Assembly (NCBI GenBank): GCA_039621445.1
Contig: CP154954.1
Coordinates: 38,773,816-38,837,815 of the forward strand
DNA: 64,000 nt
Direction of reading: 5' to 3'
Source of the DNA: Euglena gracilis
Taxonomy: Eukaryota
The notes under the pieces are model-generated. The model was not told where the DNA came from, searched no databases, and saw only the letters and a program-made list of their open reading frames with translations. A program made the position numbers and the translations under genes. Positions 11,601 to 22,173 of the stretch are shown piece by piece. The stretch's first letter is position 1. Every line of letters starts with the position of its first letter.

Positions 11601-14600
11601 CGCTCAATCCAGGTGGGGGCAGGGTGCAGCTGGCGGTGCCCCCAGGCCCCATTGGAGCGGAGGGGGTTGGGGTTCAGACTGGGGGGGGGCACAAAGCACC
11701 AGGCTGAAAATGTTGCCCCTCCCCCAGAATCGGCCGAAAGAGTTACTTTGGGCACTTTTGGGGCAAAACTTGTCAAAAAAAAGTCCAAAATTGCCTAAAG
11801 AAACCCACAGAAGTGGAAAATTTTGACTTTTGGGTTCTTGGTCAGGACCCCCCACCAGGGTTTGGTATAAGGACAGGTGGGGATGGGGTGGTCTGGATCC
11901 CCCCCTGCGGGCCAGGAGGGGATGGGGGGGGACACCCCCCCACCTTAACAGTGGCGCGGTCTGGGTCACCGAAAAACTTTGACCCCCCCAAAACGACCAA
12001 AAGTGCCATTTTGGGCACTTTTTGGGCAAAGTGTTGCCAAAAAATGCAAAAAATTTTCGGCGCGAAGTGCCATAGGAAAAAATTGACCTTTTTGGGGGGG
12101 TCCCGGGTTCCCCCCCAGCGTTGGTCCGGACCCCCCTGGCACGTGGGGGGGGGGGTGGTCCAGACCCCCGTGCGGGCCGGGGGGACACCCCCCACCTAAA
12201 CCATGTACGCCCTCCTTATATCAAACCCTGCCCCCCCCCTACCACACCACCTCAACAAAAACCGAAGGGCGTCCCATTTCTCCTGGGTACCATGCTTGTG
12301 CTTACCGACCGGGGGGGGGTGGGTGCTATAGGGTGCTTGCCCCTAGCAGGCACACCGGGGGGATAGGGGTCCGGGCCGGACCCAGAAAATTTTCATTGAA
12401 AATGGCCTTTTTTGGGCCCCCGGCGCCTTTGGCGCCAGGGTCGGAGGGGGGTGCCTGCTAGGGGCAGGCACCCCCCAAAACCCTACCCCCCCCCCGAGGG
12501 AGGGGTCGGATTGGGTGCTATGGGGTGCCTGCCCCTAGCACCCACCCCACCCCCCGTGGGGTAGGCACCCGACTAAGCACAAGCCTGCTGGGGACCCTGG
12601 ATGAGGTAAAAATCCCATTGAAAAGGTTTCAAACCCCCTTTTCATAATTTTATACGCTTTTGAGAAAAAATCAGGGGTTTGGGGCTCAAATTCTATCAAA
12701 GAAAAAACTCCTCCAAACCCCATTTTTTGTTTCAATTTGGACCATTTTATTTGTTCTCGCACCAGAAAAATTTTACTCTTCCTCCCCCCTGAGTTTCATT
12801 TCCTCGAAGATTCTAGAGATGGGTCACAAAGTCTGTTGCCCATAAATAGCCACCATCCGCTCGGATCATACATCTCTTTAAGGACCCCGGGGGGGGGGGT
12901 ACTGGGCTAGGGCTAGAAATTTGGGCTGGCTAGAAATTTGGGCTGGCTAGCCCCCCCCCCCGGGGGGGGCTAGGCCCCGGCTGGACCCGAACCGGGGCGA
13001 GCTGGACTGAAATCGGAAAAATGCCCAAAAATGACCTGCAGAACACAGCTTTGAAAAAATGATGCATCTGAAACCCCCCAAAAATGCCCCAAACGCCCCC
13101 CAAACCCCATTTTTGGCCACTTTTGAACACAATTTTTCAAAAAATTTCGGCGCAAAGCGCCGAAAAATTTTGTGCTGGACCCCCCAAAAAAGGGGCTGGC
13201 TAGCTGGGCTAGCAGCACCCCCCCCCCGGGGGGGTGCTGCTGCGGCTGGGCTGGGCCCAAATCGGGGGTGGCTGCAGCCGCCCCCCCGGGGGGGGGGGGG
13301 TCGCAAAACCTTAGAGAGATGTATGGCTCGGATCATCAGCTCAGGGCTCAAAGGCATCATTGTCCACTGACCCTGTCCCTTGCACATCACCCTGGCCACT
13401 CAGGCCAACTGAACAACTGCTTTTTGAGCATATTTTCTCCACTTTCCAGAATTCTGAAATCCCCTTCGGCCATTTCCGGAGGACCTGGGGGGGGCAAAAC
13501 CAAAAAAAACACCCCAATGGGGTCTGTGTGCCGGACCCGCTCCTGCTGCGCGGCGTCGTCGTCCGCTTGCTGGAGGCGCTTGGCGGTGACGACGTTGGCG
13601 GCACGCGGGGTCTGTGGAAGGACAAAAGGGAACAAAGCATAAACGTGGCATAGACGCCACATTTATGGGGGGGAGGTAGCGTGGGTGGGTCCGGCCGAGC
13701 CCCCCCGGGGGGATATGTTTTTCGGTGCCAATTTTTTTTGAAAAGGTGCTATTTTTTGAGCATTTTTTCGCGATTTTGGGGGGATAACTGAGTGGTTCCC
13801 CCAGAGTCCCCCTGGGGGCCTTGCATAAACCCACCCAAATGACTTGGCGGGGCTTCCTCCTGGCAGTGGCCGAATAACTTGGCGGGGGGGGGGAGGGGCA
13901 AATAAAATGGTTCCAATGACTTAGCACCCCCTTTTTAAGGCAAAGTTCCTTCACGATGCTGAAAAAGGTGCCCGAATAACCTGGCAAGGGGGCAGGGCCA
14001 AAAGTTGTTTCCAAAAACCTGGCACCCCGCCAGATTGTCTGGGGGGGGGTTATGCCGGAAAACAGTTTTGAGCAGTTTTTGGGTTGGGGGCCTCGCTGAA
14101 ACAGCACACCAAGCGAGAAAAGAAATGGGGAACCTGGGACTGCCCCACCCAGCCAGGCACCCCCCCCCCACCAGGGGAGATTTTTTCACTTTACATAAAA
14201 ATGCGCTTTTTAATAAAAAAATGCAAAAAAATGGTCAAAAAAAAGACAAAATTTTTGGTTTTGGGGGGAAATCGAGGGCAAGAAAGAAGCTTTCATGATC
14301 AAAAAAAATTCCAGTGAATCCAAAAGAACACCAGGGGAAAAAACCAGGGCTCTCAGGGCTCATGAACAGACTCCACAACCCCCCAAATTGGCAAATTTAA
14401 ACAAAATTTGTCAAAAAATGGCATTTCTTGATGATGGTTGCATGCTTGTGCTTACCAACCGGGGGGGGGGAGGGGGGTGGCTGGGTGCTATAAGGTGCCT
14501 GCCCCTAGCAGGCACACCCCGGGGGGTGGGGCCCAGGGGGGGACCCAGAAATTTTTCATTGCTTGGGGCAGGCACCCCCCCAAAACCCTCCCCCCCCCCC

Positions 14601-17600
14601 TCTGGGGGGGTCAGATCGGGTGCTATGGGGTCAGGCTTTTCCTTCAGGACCCCGGGGGGGGGTACTGGCTGCCAATTGGCTAGACACTGGAAAAAGTGGA
14701 CTAGCCAGACCCCCCTCCCCCCGGGGGGGGGGTCCGGGGCATGCTTGTGCTTACCAACCAGGGGGGGGGGGGGGGTGCTATAGGGTGCCTGCCCCTAGCA
14801 GGCACACCCCCCCCCGGGGGGGGATAGGGGTCCGGGCCGGACCCAGAAAATTTTCATTGAAAATGGCCTTTTCCGGGCCCCTGGCGCCAGGGTCGGAGGG
14901 GGGTGCCTGCTAGGGGCAGGCACCCCCCAAAACCCTACCCCCCCCCCCCCCCAGGGAGGGGGCGTGCCGGGTGCTATGGGGTGCCTGGCCCTAGCCCCCT
15001 TCCCCCCCCCCCCCGTGGGGTAGGCACCCGACTAAGCGCAAGCCTGGTCCGGGGGTCCCCCGGACTGAAAAAAAATTTTCCTCCGGCGCAGCGTCGGAGG
15101 AAAAATGAGTTTTTTAACAGGTTTTGGGCTGATTTTGTTCCAAAAATTCCCAATAATGGCCAAAAACGGGCATTTTTGGCCATTTGGGGGGGTCCCAAAA
15201 AAATTTTGGCGCTTCGCGCCGGTCACTGGAAAAAATTTTCACTAGCTAGCCCTGCTAGCAGACCCCCCCCCCCGGGGCCCACTAGCCAAATTTGGACCAG
15301 CTGCAATCCAGCCCCCTCCCCCGGGGGGTACTGCAATCCCTTAAGCAAAAGCCTGTATGGGGTGCCTGCCCCTAGCACGCACCCCCCCCCCCCCGTGGGG
15401 TAGGCACCTGACTGAGCACAAGCCTGGATGGTTGACGCCAGATATCAGTTTTTGTGTGTGTGTGGCCGAAAAAGTCGTCCCCAATGTCCTTCATTTTTCT
15501 TTCTGGAGGAAAAAGCCAAAATTTGGTTGGTTGGCCTGAGAGGGAGATTTATAAATGGGGGGGGGGGTAAAAGTGGGAGTGGGAGTGGGAGTTAAAAGCA
15601 GTGGACCATTTTCCGCCATGCGCAAAACCTCCAATCAACAACCATTTTGGCAGTTTTCAGCAAAAAATTGTCGAACATCGTCAAAAGCTTTTGAATGATG
15701 GGTTTTTTAGGACCTGGTCCAGACCTGCCGACCCCCTGGGGGGCCAGGAGACCCACCAACCGTTGGGCTAATTTTGGGGACCCAAAATTTTTCGGCGTGC
15801 CAAAAAATGGAGAAAAATGTCTCCTTTCGGGCTTCCCACTCGGACCAACCACCCAAAATCCAGCTAAAATGGGCCGAATGAAAATATCTATATATATAAT
15901 ATCTATGTAAACCCCCCAAATATAACCCCCCCCCCAAATACAAACCCCCCCCAAATATAAAACCCCCCCTGAGGACCTTGAAATCCCGCCCAAATATAAA
16001 ACCCCCCCTCCGGCGCGAAGCGCCGGAAGGAAATTTTTTCGACAATTCTCTCCAGAAATTGTGATTTTTTGGCAGATTTGGGAACACTTTTTACCAAAAA
16101 CATGTCAAAATTGCTCCTTCGCCCGAAAAATGAAGTTTTTGGACCCCCAAGGGTGGGCGTATTTGTGATTTTGGACCAAAAAAATGACTACCGGAGCCCG
16201 CCGGGAAGTTGATTTTTCCGACCAAATATAAACCCCCCCAAATATAAAACCCCCCCTCGGGGTCTTGAAAGTTCCGCCCAAATATAAAACCGGGGGGTTT
16301 TATATTTGGGGGGGGGGGTTATAAAACTCGGACCACCCACCCATACCACCACACCACCCAAAATCCAGCTAAAATGGGCCGAATGAAAATATTTTCCAGA
16401 TAAAAAAAAACCAGCGCAAAGCACCAGAAAATTTTTTGAGGGACTTCACAAAATGAAATTGTATTTTCAGGCAACTTTTTTTTTTCACCAAAAGACGATA
16501 AAAACAGAAATTTGCCAGCGCAAAGTGCCGGGAAAAATTTTTGGGTCCCTGGACCACCCTTCGGCCCTCGGCAGTGATCTTGACGATAAGGAAACCAGGG
16601 GGAAAACAGAAACCAGGGGGTTCAGACTGCTTTGAATTTTCAACCAAATGCACAAAACAGATTGCAAAAGCAAAAGCGCAACACAAGAGGCAAACCTGGC
16701 GGGCGAGGAGGAGGACAACGGCGGCAGCAATGGTGGCCACGGCCCGCGCTGCCCAGCTGCGGAGGGTGGGGCGCGGAGGCTGTGGGGCTGGTCGGCGGTG
16801 CTGGAGGCGTTCCGCTGGAGCTGTGGGGGCGGTGACGGTGAGCTGCGGGCTGGGGTGGACGCTGTCGGCGGTGATGTTGGCGATGATGGCGGCGTAGGGG
16901 GTGGCGTTGGTGGGCTGGAAACGGACGGGGATAAAGCTGCTTGGAATCAGAGGTTTGAGGACCCGGAGGGTCTGGACCATATCATTGCTTGTCGACCCGA
17001 GGGGGGGGGTCATTCTCCACTTTCAAAAAACTAGTCAGTCACTTTCAAAAAACTAGTCAGTCACTTCTTAAAAACCAGTCACCCTTCCTACCCCCCGCAC
17101 GGGGAGGGGGGTCGGTTGCTTTGGCCACTCACCTGAAAAGGCCCCTCCAGCCACTGGGCCAAAAAAAATGGCCAAAAAAACAAAGGATTTTTGGTCAAAA
17201 ATCCAAAAAAAAATTGTGAATGTATATGGGGGCCGTGTACCCCCTCATCCCCCCAGGGGTTTCTTTTTAAGACCGAGGGGGGAGGGGGACACTTTTCCCC
17301 TGAAAAGGCCAAAAAAATCACGAAAAATGCATGTTCAAAAAAAAAGCACATCCCTCCCCCCTCTGGGCGCCCCCCCCGGGGGGGGCTCAGCCGGACCCAC
17401 CCACCCTTCTCCACCCCCTGAAGGTCCAAAACTAAAAAAAAACCCCTGGTCCCCCCCCCGCGTCCTGAACCGCCCCACTACTGTACTGTCCATGCTTGTG
17501 CTTACCAACCGGGGGGGGGGGAGGGGGTGGGTGGGTGCTATAGGGTGCCTGCCCCTAGCAGGCACACCCCCCCGGGGGGGGGGGGATGGGGTCCGGGCCG

Positions 17601-20600
17601 GACCCAGAAAATTTTCATTGAAAATGGCCTTTTCCGGGCCCCCGGCGCCGGGGTCGGAGGGGGGTGCCTGCTAGGGGCAGGCACCCCCCAAAACCCTACC
17701 CCCCCCCCGGGGGGGTCGGATCGGGTGCTATGGGGTGCCTGCCCCTAGCACCCCCCCCCCGTGGGGTAGGCACCCGACTAAGCACAAGCCTGGTACTGTC
17801 ATTTCACTTTTGCTCAATAAAAAAAACCCTTACATTCGACAATGGAAAAATATCCATGCCAGTCGAAGTTTCAAAGGGCAACTGTGCAGCCAAATGCAAA
17901 ATTTTCCGAACGGAGGCAAATACTTTGGGGATAAAATGCAAACATTTTTGAGATAAAATGCAAACAAATTGGTGGGGGAAGTGCAAAAATACATGGTCTG
18001 AAATGCGAAAAATTCAGTTGTTGTCTTCCAAAAAAACAAAAACTGACACCGCTTAAAGCAGCCTCAGGAGGGGGCAGTGGAAGTGGAAAAGTAGCGGGGG
18101 GTGCGGAAGGCCATTCGAGGCTCACTGAGGGGCTCTGGCAGGGGCTCATCGAAAGGCTCTGGCTCGGGCTCGTCGAGGGGCTCTGGCTCGGGCTTGTCGA
18201 GGGGCTCTGGCTCGGGCTCGTCGAGGGGCTCTGGCTCGGGCTTGTCGAGGGGCTCTGGCTCGGGCTCGTCGAGGGGCTCTCGCTCGGGCTCGTCGAGGGG
18301 CTCTGGCTCGGGCTCGAGGGGCTCTGGCTCGGGCTCGTCGAGGAGCTCTGGCTCGGGCTCGTCGAGGGGTTCTGGCTCGGGTTCATTGAGGGGCTCTGGT
18401 TCAGGCTCATCAAGGGGCTCTGGTTCGGGCTCATCAAGGGGCTCTGGCTCAGCTTCGGCCTCATCGAGGGACGGTGGCTCAGCCTCATCAAGGGGCTGTG
18501 GCTTGGCCTCGTCGAGGGCCTGGGGCTCCGGCTCAGCAAGAGACTCTAACTCCTGCTCCTGGAGGGACTCTGGCTCAGGCTGGGTCTCATCGAGGCGTTC
18601 AGGTTCGGCCTCGTCGAGGGGCTCTGGCTTGGCCTCAGCAAGGGGCTGGGCCTCCAGCTCAGCAGGAGGCTCTGGCTCCGGCTCATCGAGGTGCTCAGGG
18701 TCCAGGAGGGCTGCAAGGGGCTGCGGGGCCGGGAGGGCCAGCCGGGCTGGGGGGGCCGGGAGGGCCAGGTGGACTGGGGGGGCCGGGAGGGCCGGCCGGG
18801 CTGGGGGGGCCGGGAGGGCCGGCCGGGCTGGGGGGGCCGGGAGGGCTGGCCGGGCTGCGGGGGCCGGGAGGGCCAGGCGGGCTGGGGGGGCCGGGAGGGC
18901 CGGCCGGGCTGGGGGGGCCGGGAGGGCCGGCCGGGCTGGGGGGGCCGGGAGGGCCAGGTGGACTGGGGGGGCTGGGAGGGCCAGGGAGGCTGGGGGGGCC
19001 GGGAGGGCCAGGCGGGCTGGGGGGGCCGGGAGGGCCGGCCAGGCTGGGGGGGCCGGGAGGGCCAGGCGGGCTGGGGGGGCCGGGAGGGCCGGCCAGGCTG
19101 GGGGGGCCGGGAGGGCCAGGCGGGCTGGGGGGGCCGGGAGGGCCAGGCGGGCTGAGGGGGCCGGGAGGGCCGGCCAGGCTGAGGGGGCCGGCCAGGCTGA
19201 GGGGGCTGGGGGGGCCAGGGAGGCTGCGGGGGCCGGGAGGGCCGGCCGGGCTGGGGGGGCCGGGAGGGAGGGCCGGCCGGGCTGGGGGGGCCGGGAGGGC
19301 CGGCCAGGCTGAGGGGGCCGGCCAGGCTGAGGGGGCTGGGGGGGCCAGGGAGGCTGCGGGGGCCGGGAGGGCCGGCCGGGCTGGGGGGGCCGGGAGGGCC
19401 AGGCGGGCTGAGGGGGCCGGGAGGGCCGGCCGGGCTGGGGGGGCCGGGAGGGCCAGGCGGGCTGAGGGGGCCGGCCAGGCTGAGGGGGCCGGGCAGGCTG
19501 AGGGGGCTGGGGGGGCCAGGGAGGCTGCGGGGGCCGGGAGGGCCGGCCGGGCTGGGGGGGCCGGGAGGGCCGGCCAGGCTGAGGGGGCCGGGAGGGCCGG
19601 CCAGGCTGAGGGGGCCGGCCAGGCTGAGGGGGCTGGGGGGGCCAGGGAGGCTGCGGGGGCCGGGAGGGCCGGCCGGGCCGGGGGGGCCGGGAGGGCCGGC
19701 CGGGCGGAGGGGGCCGGGAGGGCCGGCGGGCTGGGGGGGCGGGGAGGGCCGGCCGGGCTGAGGGGGCCGGGAGGGCCGGCCGGGCTGAGGGGGCCGGGAG
19801 GGCCGGCCGGGCTGAGGGGGCCGGGAGGGCCGGCCGGGCTGGGGGGGCCGGGAGGGCCAGGCGGGCTGAGGGGGCCGGCCGGGCTGGGGGGGCCGGCAGG
19901 GGGGGCCATGGGGCCGGAAGGGCCGGCAGGGGCCGCTGTGGGGCTGGTGGGGCTGGGAGGGCCAGCTGTGGGACGTGGATAAGGCTGCTTCATGCAAACA
20001 TGCTTTTGCTTACTGACCGGGGGGAGGGGGGTGGGTGGGTGCTATAGGGTGCGGGGTGCCTGCCCCTGGCAGGCACACCCCCCAGGGGGGGGGTAAACCC
20101 CCCCAAAATAAGACCGGGGGTCCATTTCATGGGTCGGTTGCTGGAGAGCCCGAGGGGGGGGGGGTCTTGTTCATGGGCAGGGTCCATTTTATGGATTTTT
20201 GCTGGAAATTTTTTCGACACCCCAAAATGTCCAAAAATGCCTCTCCAAATACCAATTTTCGAAAAACTTGGCACTCGCGCCAGACAAATAGGAGAAAATA
20301 TGGTGAATTGTGTGAAAACAGTCCCAAAATGGCAGATTTGCCCCCCCAAATGTCCCATTTTTCAAAAATCCAGCGCTTCGCACCGGCAGGGGGGGTCTTA
20401 TTTATGGGGGGGTCCATTTCATGGATTTTTGCTCGGACTGACCGGGGGGGGGGGTGGTCTTATTTTGGGGGGTCTATTTTATTGGGGGGGGAATTACCAT
20501 GCCCCCCCCCCCCCCTAGTTAGTCACCCCCCCCTATTAGTCACCCTTGGGCCCCAGGCAAAAAAATTTTTTTCGAAGGGAAATATTTTTCTTTAAAAAAC

Positions 20601-22044
20601 GCCGAATTTGGCCATCGGATTTTTTTTGATGGTTGCCATCCATGAAAAGTGCCCTGGAATGCCCAAAAACAACCTTGAAACCCCCAAGAATTGGGGCAGG
20701 GGGGGCAAAATTTGGGTCTAAATTGACCCCCCCCCCCCCGAGTTAGTCCCCCCCCTATTAGTCACCCTTGGCCAAATTCCCCTCCCAAGGGGGTGACTAA
20801 CTAGGGGGGGGGGGCACGGAATTTTGGGGGGGGTTAGGGGTCCGGGGGGATTTTTCATTGAAAAAATGGGCTTGTCCGGACCCGCGGCGCCTTCGGCACC
20901 AGGGTCGGAGGGGGTTCCTGCTATGGGCAGGCACCCCCAAAACCCTGCCCCCCTGGGGGGGGGGCGGATCGGGTGCTGTGGGGTGGGCACCCGACAAAGC
21001 ACAAGCCTGCATGCAAATGTTGCCTTCAGAAAGACCCCCTCTGATTTGGCAGGGCCTGGGACCCCTGAAAGAAGCAGTTCTTTTGGTTTAAAAAAAGACA
21101 GCAAGAAAACTTCGGGGGGGGGCATGGCTTTGGCTGCCAGAAAGGTGGCCAAATGCATGGTTGGTGGGACCATGATGACAACAAACATGCACACCACACG
21201 GTTCGATTTCTGGCTCATTTGCAAAAAAAAGATAACCTGAATTGTGGATATTGTCTGAGAGCTCGTGGTTGTGTGGAATTACTGAGGCAGCCCTGGGCGG
21301 GGCAGGGGAGAAGGGCGAAGGGGAGAGGGGCGGGGAGAGCGGAGGGGAGGGTGAATTTTGGAGGGGGTGGGGGGAGGAGGGATTGCTGCCACCATGCAAT
21401 CGCTCCACAAGTCGGACAGAACTCATTAGAATGGCAAAACCGGCATCCTGGCGAGGAATGTGTGCAAATACACCCGGTTTTATCACCAAAAGTGTGCCCA
21501 AATCGCCCTTGTGGTTGTGTCATGGATTGCGCACATCATGGACATTTTCTCTGGTGGAGGTCTTTACAATTTGCATTGATTTACATCACAATCTGTGAGA
21601 TCCACCCAGGAGCAATTGTGTGGCTTGGGGCCGGCGGTCACCGGAGTGGGAGGGCGGGGAAGGGCGGCGCCGCCGGTGATCACCAGGTGATGCACCGGGG
21701 CGGCGGGGAGGGCGAATTTTGGAGGGGGGAGGAGGGATGGCTGCCGGCATGCAATTGCTCCAAAAGTAAGACAGAAACTCATTAAAATGAGGAATGGAAA
21801 TATCAGGTACACAATACACAACACCAGGTTCACAATGGTACACCAGGTTTTATCGCCAGAAAGTGTACCCAAATCCCTTGGTGGTTTTGTCATGGATTGC
21901 TCACAATATGGATATTTTCCCTGCTGGAGGTCTTCCAGTGAGAGATCCACCCCAGGAGCAATTGTATGGCTTGGCGGTCACCAGGTGATCGCCAGGCACT
22001 GGAGCACTGGGGCGCTGGGGGGGACTGTGCCACTGTACCGGTAG
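1411..22044 (-). CDS. Multi-exon gene (at least 19 exons, about 1,300 aa, N-terminus not found): Pro-rich and EPLDEPEP repeat region followed by about 5 hydrophobic segments; unknown function, probable membrane or surface protein
   Basis: Hand-joined exons: 22044-21972, 21742-21626, 21387-21299, 19974-18070, 16926-16696, 13611-13530, 11637-11552, 11308-11243, 9356-9285, 8389-8309, 7653-7496, 6893-6793, 5940-5848, 5207-5083, 4874-4770, 3691-3615, 3158-3094, 2279-2230, 1776-(1411). All 18 junctions stay in frame using GT-AG or the paired-end 3+5 rule. Exons are GC3-rich and mostly lack the long homopolymers of the introns. The 18070/16926 link and the last three exons are less certain. Confidence 0.75.
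2230..2279 (-). CDS. Probable exon [16 protein letters not shown]
   Basis: CTG-GCCGT acceptor; GGG|GTCAAG donor; phases fit. Confidence 0.5.
3094..3158 (-). CDS. Probable exon [21 protein letters not shown]
   Basis: Poly-T AG acceptor; GGG-CAG donor; phases fit both neighbours. Confidence 0.5.
3611..3691 (-). CDS. Exon [26 protein letters not shown]; ends at TGA 3613-3611 or splices at CG|GTGAAC (3615)
   Basis: CTG-TGCCG acceptor; high GC3. Confidence 0.75.
   Translation of the reverse strand, partial: HSPSAAPCTRPNALRRAWRKLKTKLR
4770..4874 (-). CDS. Exon [35 protein letters not shown]
   Basis: In frame; exact donor ambiguous among three phase-0 RNN-CAG sites. Confidence 0.7.
5083..5207 (-). 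CDS. Exon [41 protein letters not shown]
   Basis: Donor GTA-CAGGCCGTTGCC pairs over 12 bp (2 G-U) with GGCAATGGCTTG-CCGCC; splicing avoids an in-frame TAA. Confidence 0.85.
5848..5940 (-). CDS. Exon [30 protein letters not shown](Q)
   Basis: Very strong GC3 bias; donor ACC-CAG-GCTT pairs with AAGC-CTG-CCGCC. Confidence 0.85.
6273..6679. mobile_element. hAT-like MITE family F1 (TIR CAGGCTTTTGCT)
   Basis: Exact 8-bp TSD GTGCGGTG at 6265-6272 and 6680-6687. Confidence 0.9.
6793..6893 (-). CDS. Exon [33 protein letters not shown](D)
   Basis: In frame by the 3+5 rule; donor GGC-CAC-GCCCTG pairs with CAGGC-GTG-GCGGC. Confidence 0.8.
7496..7653 (-). CDS. Exon [52 protein letters not shown](P)
   Basis: Acceptor CTG-GCCAG supplied by a MITE end plus TSD; donor ATGCAGC pairs perfectly with GCTGCAT at 6902-6896. 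Confidence 0.85.
7659..8105. mobile_element. hAT-like MITE family F4 (TIR CAGGGGTTTTTTT) at an intron/exon junction
   Basis: Exact TSD CTTCTGGC at 7651-7658 and 8106-8113; related copies near 600, 4008, 8736, 9565, 17255 and 58070. Confidence 0.9.
8309..8389 (-). CDS. Exon [27 protein letters not shown]
   Basis: CACAG acceptor; GGC-CAG donor; hydrophobic segment. Confidence 0.8.
8545..8621. repeat. (TAA)n microsatellite
   Basis: Seen directly. Confidence 0.95.
9285..9356 (-). CDS. Exon [24 protein letters not shown]
   Basis: CACAG acceptor and GTGTGT donor, phase 0/0. Confidence 0.8.
10120..10549. mobile_element. hAT-like MITE family F3 (TIR CAGGGTTCGATATAAGG)
   Basis: Exact TSD GGGTAAAT; related copies at about 11856-12230 and 4470-4591. 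Confidence 0.9.
11243..11308 (-). CDS. Exon [22 protein letters not shown]
   Basis: GAG-CAG-GC / GC-CTG-CCGGC intron upstream; GCG|GTGGCC donor. Confidence 0.85.
11552..11637 (-). CDS. Exon [28 protein letters not shown]
   Basis: Non-canonical introns on both sides, in frame; high GC3. Confidence 0.85.
12291..12587. mobile_element. MITE family F2 (CATGCTTGTGCTTA...TAAGCACAAGCCTG)
   Basis: TSD CTGGGTAC / CTGGGGAC (7/8). Confidence 0.85.
13530..13611 (-). CDS. Exon [27 protein letters not shown](H)
   Basis: CACAG acceptor; donor ACA-CAG-ACCCCATTGG pairs with CCAATGGGGC-CTG-GGGGC. Confidence 0.85.
14441..15426. mobile_element. Three-level nest: F2 (14441-15426) containing F1 (14632-15355) containing F2 (14740-15046)
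   Basis: Three exact 8-bp TSDs: GATGGTTG, TATGGGGT, GTCCGGGG. Confidence 0.92.
16696..16926 (-). CDS. Exon [15 protein letters not shown]...[17 protein letters not shown] (hydrophobic segment)
   Basis: Strong GC3 bias; CAG|GTTTGC donor. The start could instead be the AG acceptor at 16914 or the ATG at 16980. Confidence 0.8.
17491..17792. mobile_element. MITE family F2
   Basis: Exact TSD GTACTGTC. Confidence 0.9.
18070..19974 (-). CDS. Giant repeat exon: (ALPAPPARP)n then (EPLDEPEP)n
   Basis: Stop-free frame absent from the ORF track for most of its length (no start codon). Reads VPQLALPAP...[22 protein letters not shown]...[22 protein letters not shown]. In-frame TGA at 18066-18064 if unspliced. 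Confidence 0.8.
19999..21009. mobile_element. F2 MITE carrying further nested elements
   Basis: Exact TSD CATGCAAA; internal AAATAAGACC and TTAGTCACC repeat elements. Confidence 0.85.
21299..21387 (-). CDS. Exon [29 protein letters not shown]
   Basis: Paralogous to the previous exon; donor GCC-CAG-GGCTGC pairs with GCAGCC-TTA-TCCAC. Confidence 0.7.
21626..21742 (-). CDS. Exon [38 protein letters not shown](K)
   Basis: In frame on both sides under the 3+5 rule; part of a duplicated exon-intron module. Confidence 0.7.
21972..22044 (-). CDS. Exon [24 protein letters not shown](K)
   Basis: Pyrimidine tract + CACAG acceptor; donor AGC-CAT-ACAATTGCTCC pairs with GGAGCAATTGC-ATG-CCGGC at the next acceptor. 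Confidence 0.65.
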
Positions 22045-22173
22045 CTGTGACAGAGAGGAGGAAGGGGAAACTCCCCAACGCGCCCTCCCGGCACTCCTCG
22101 CACCATGAAATTACCCAAATTGGGTGAAAATGGCCAAGAAATTCCGAATTTTGCCAATTAATGCAGCCTCCTC

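Noticed and set aside
18101-19997. Listed 403-, 502-, 483- and 432-aa ORFs (Gly/Ser-rich, collagen- or silk-like)
   Set aside because: Shadow frames of a stop-free repeat; only the unlisted minus frame joins the neighbouring exons.
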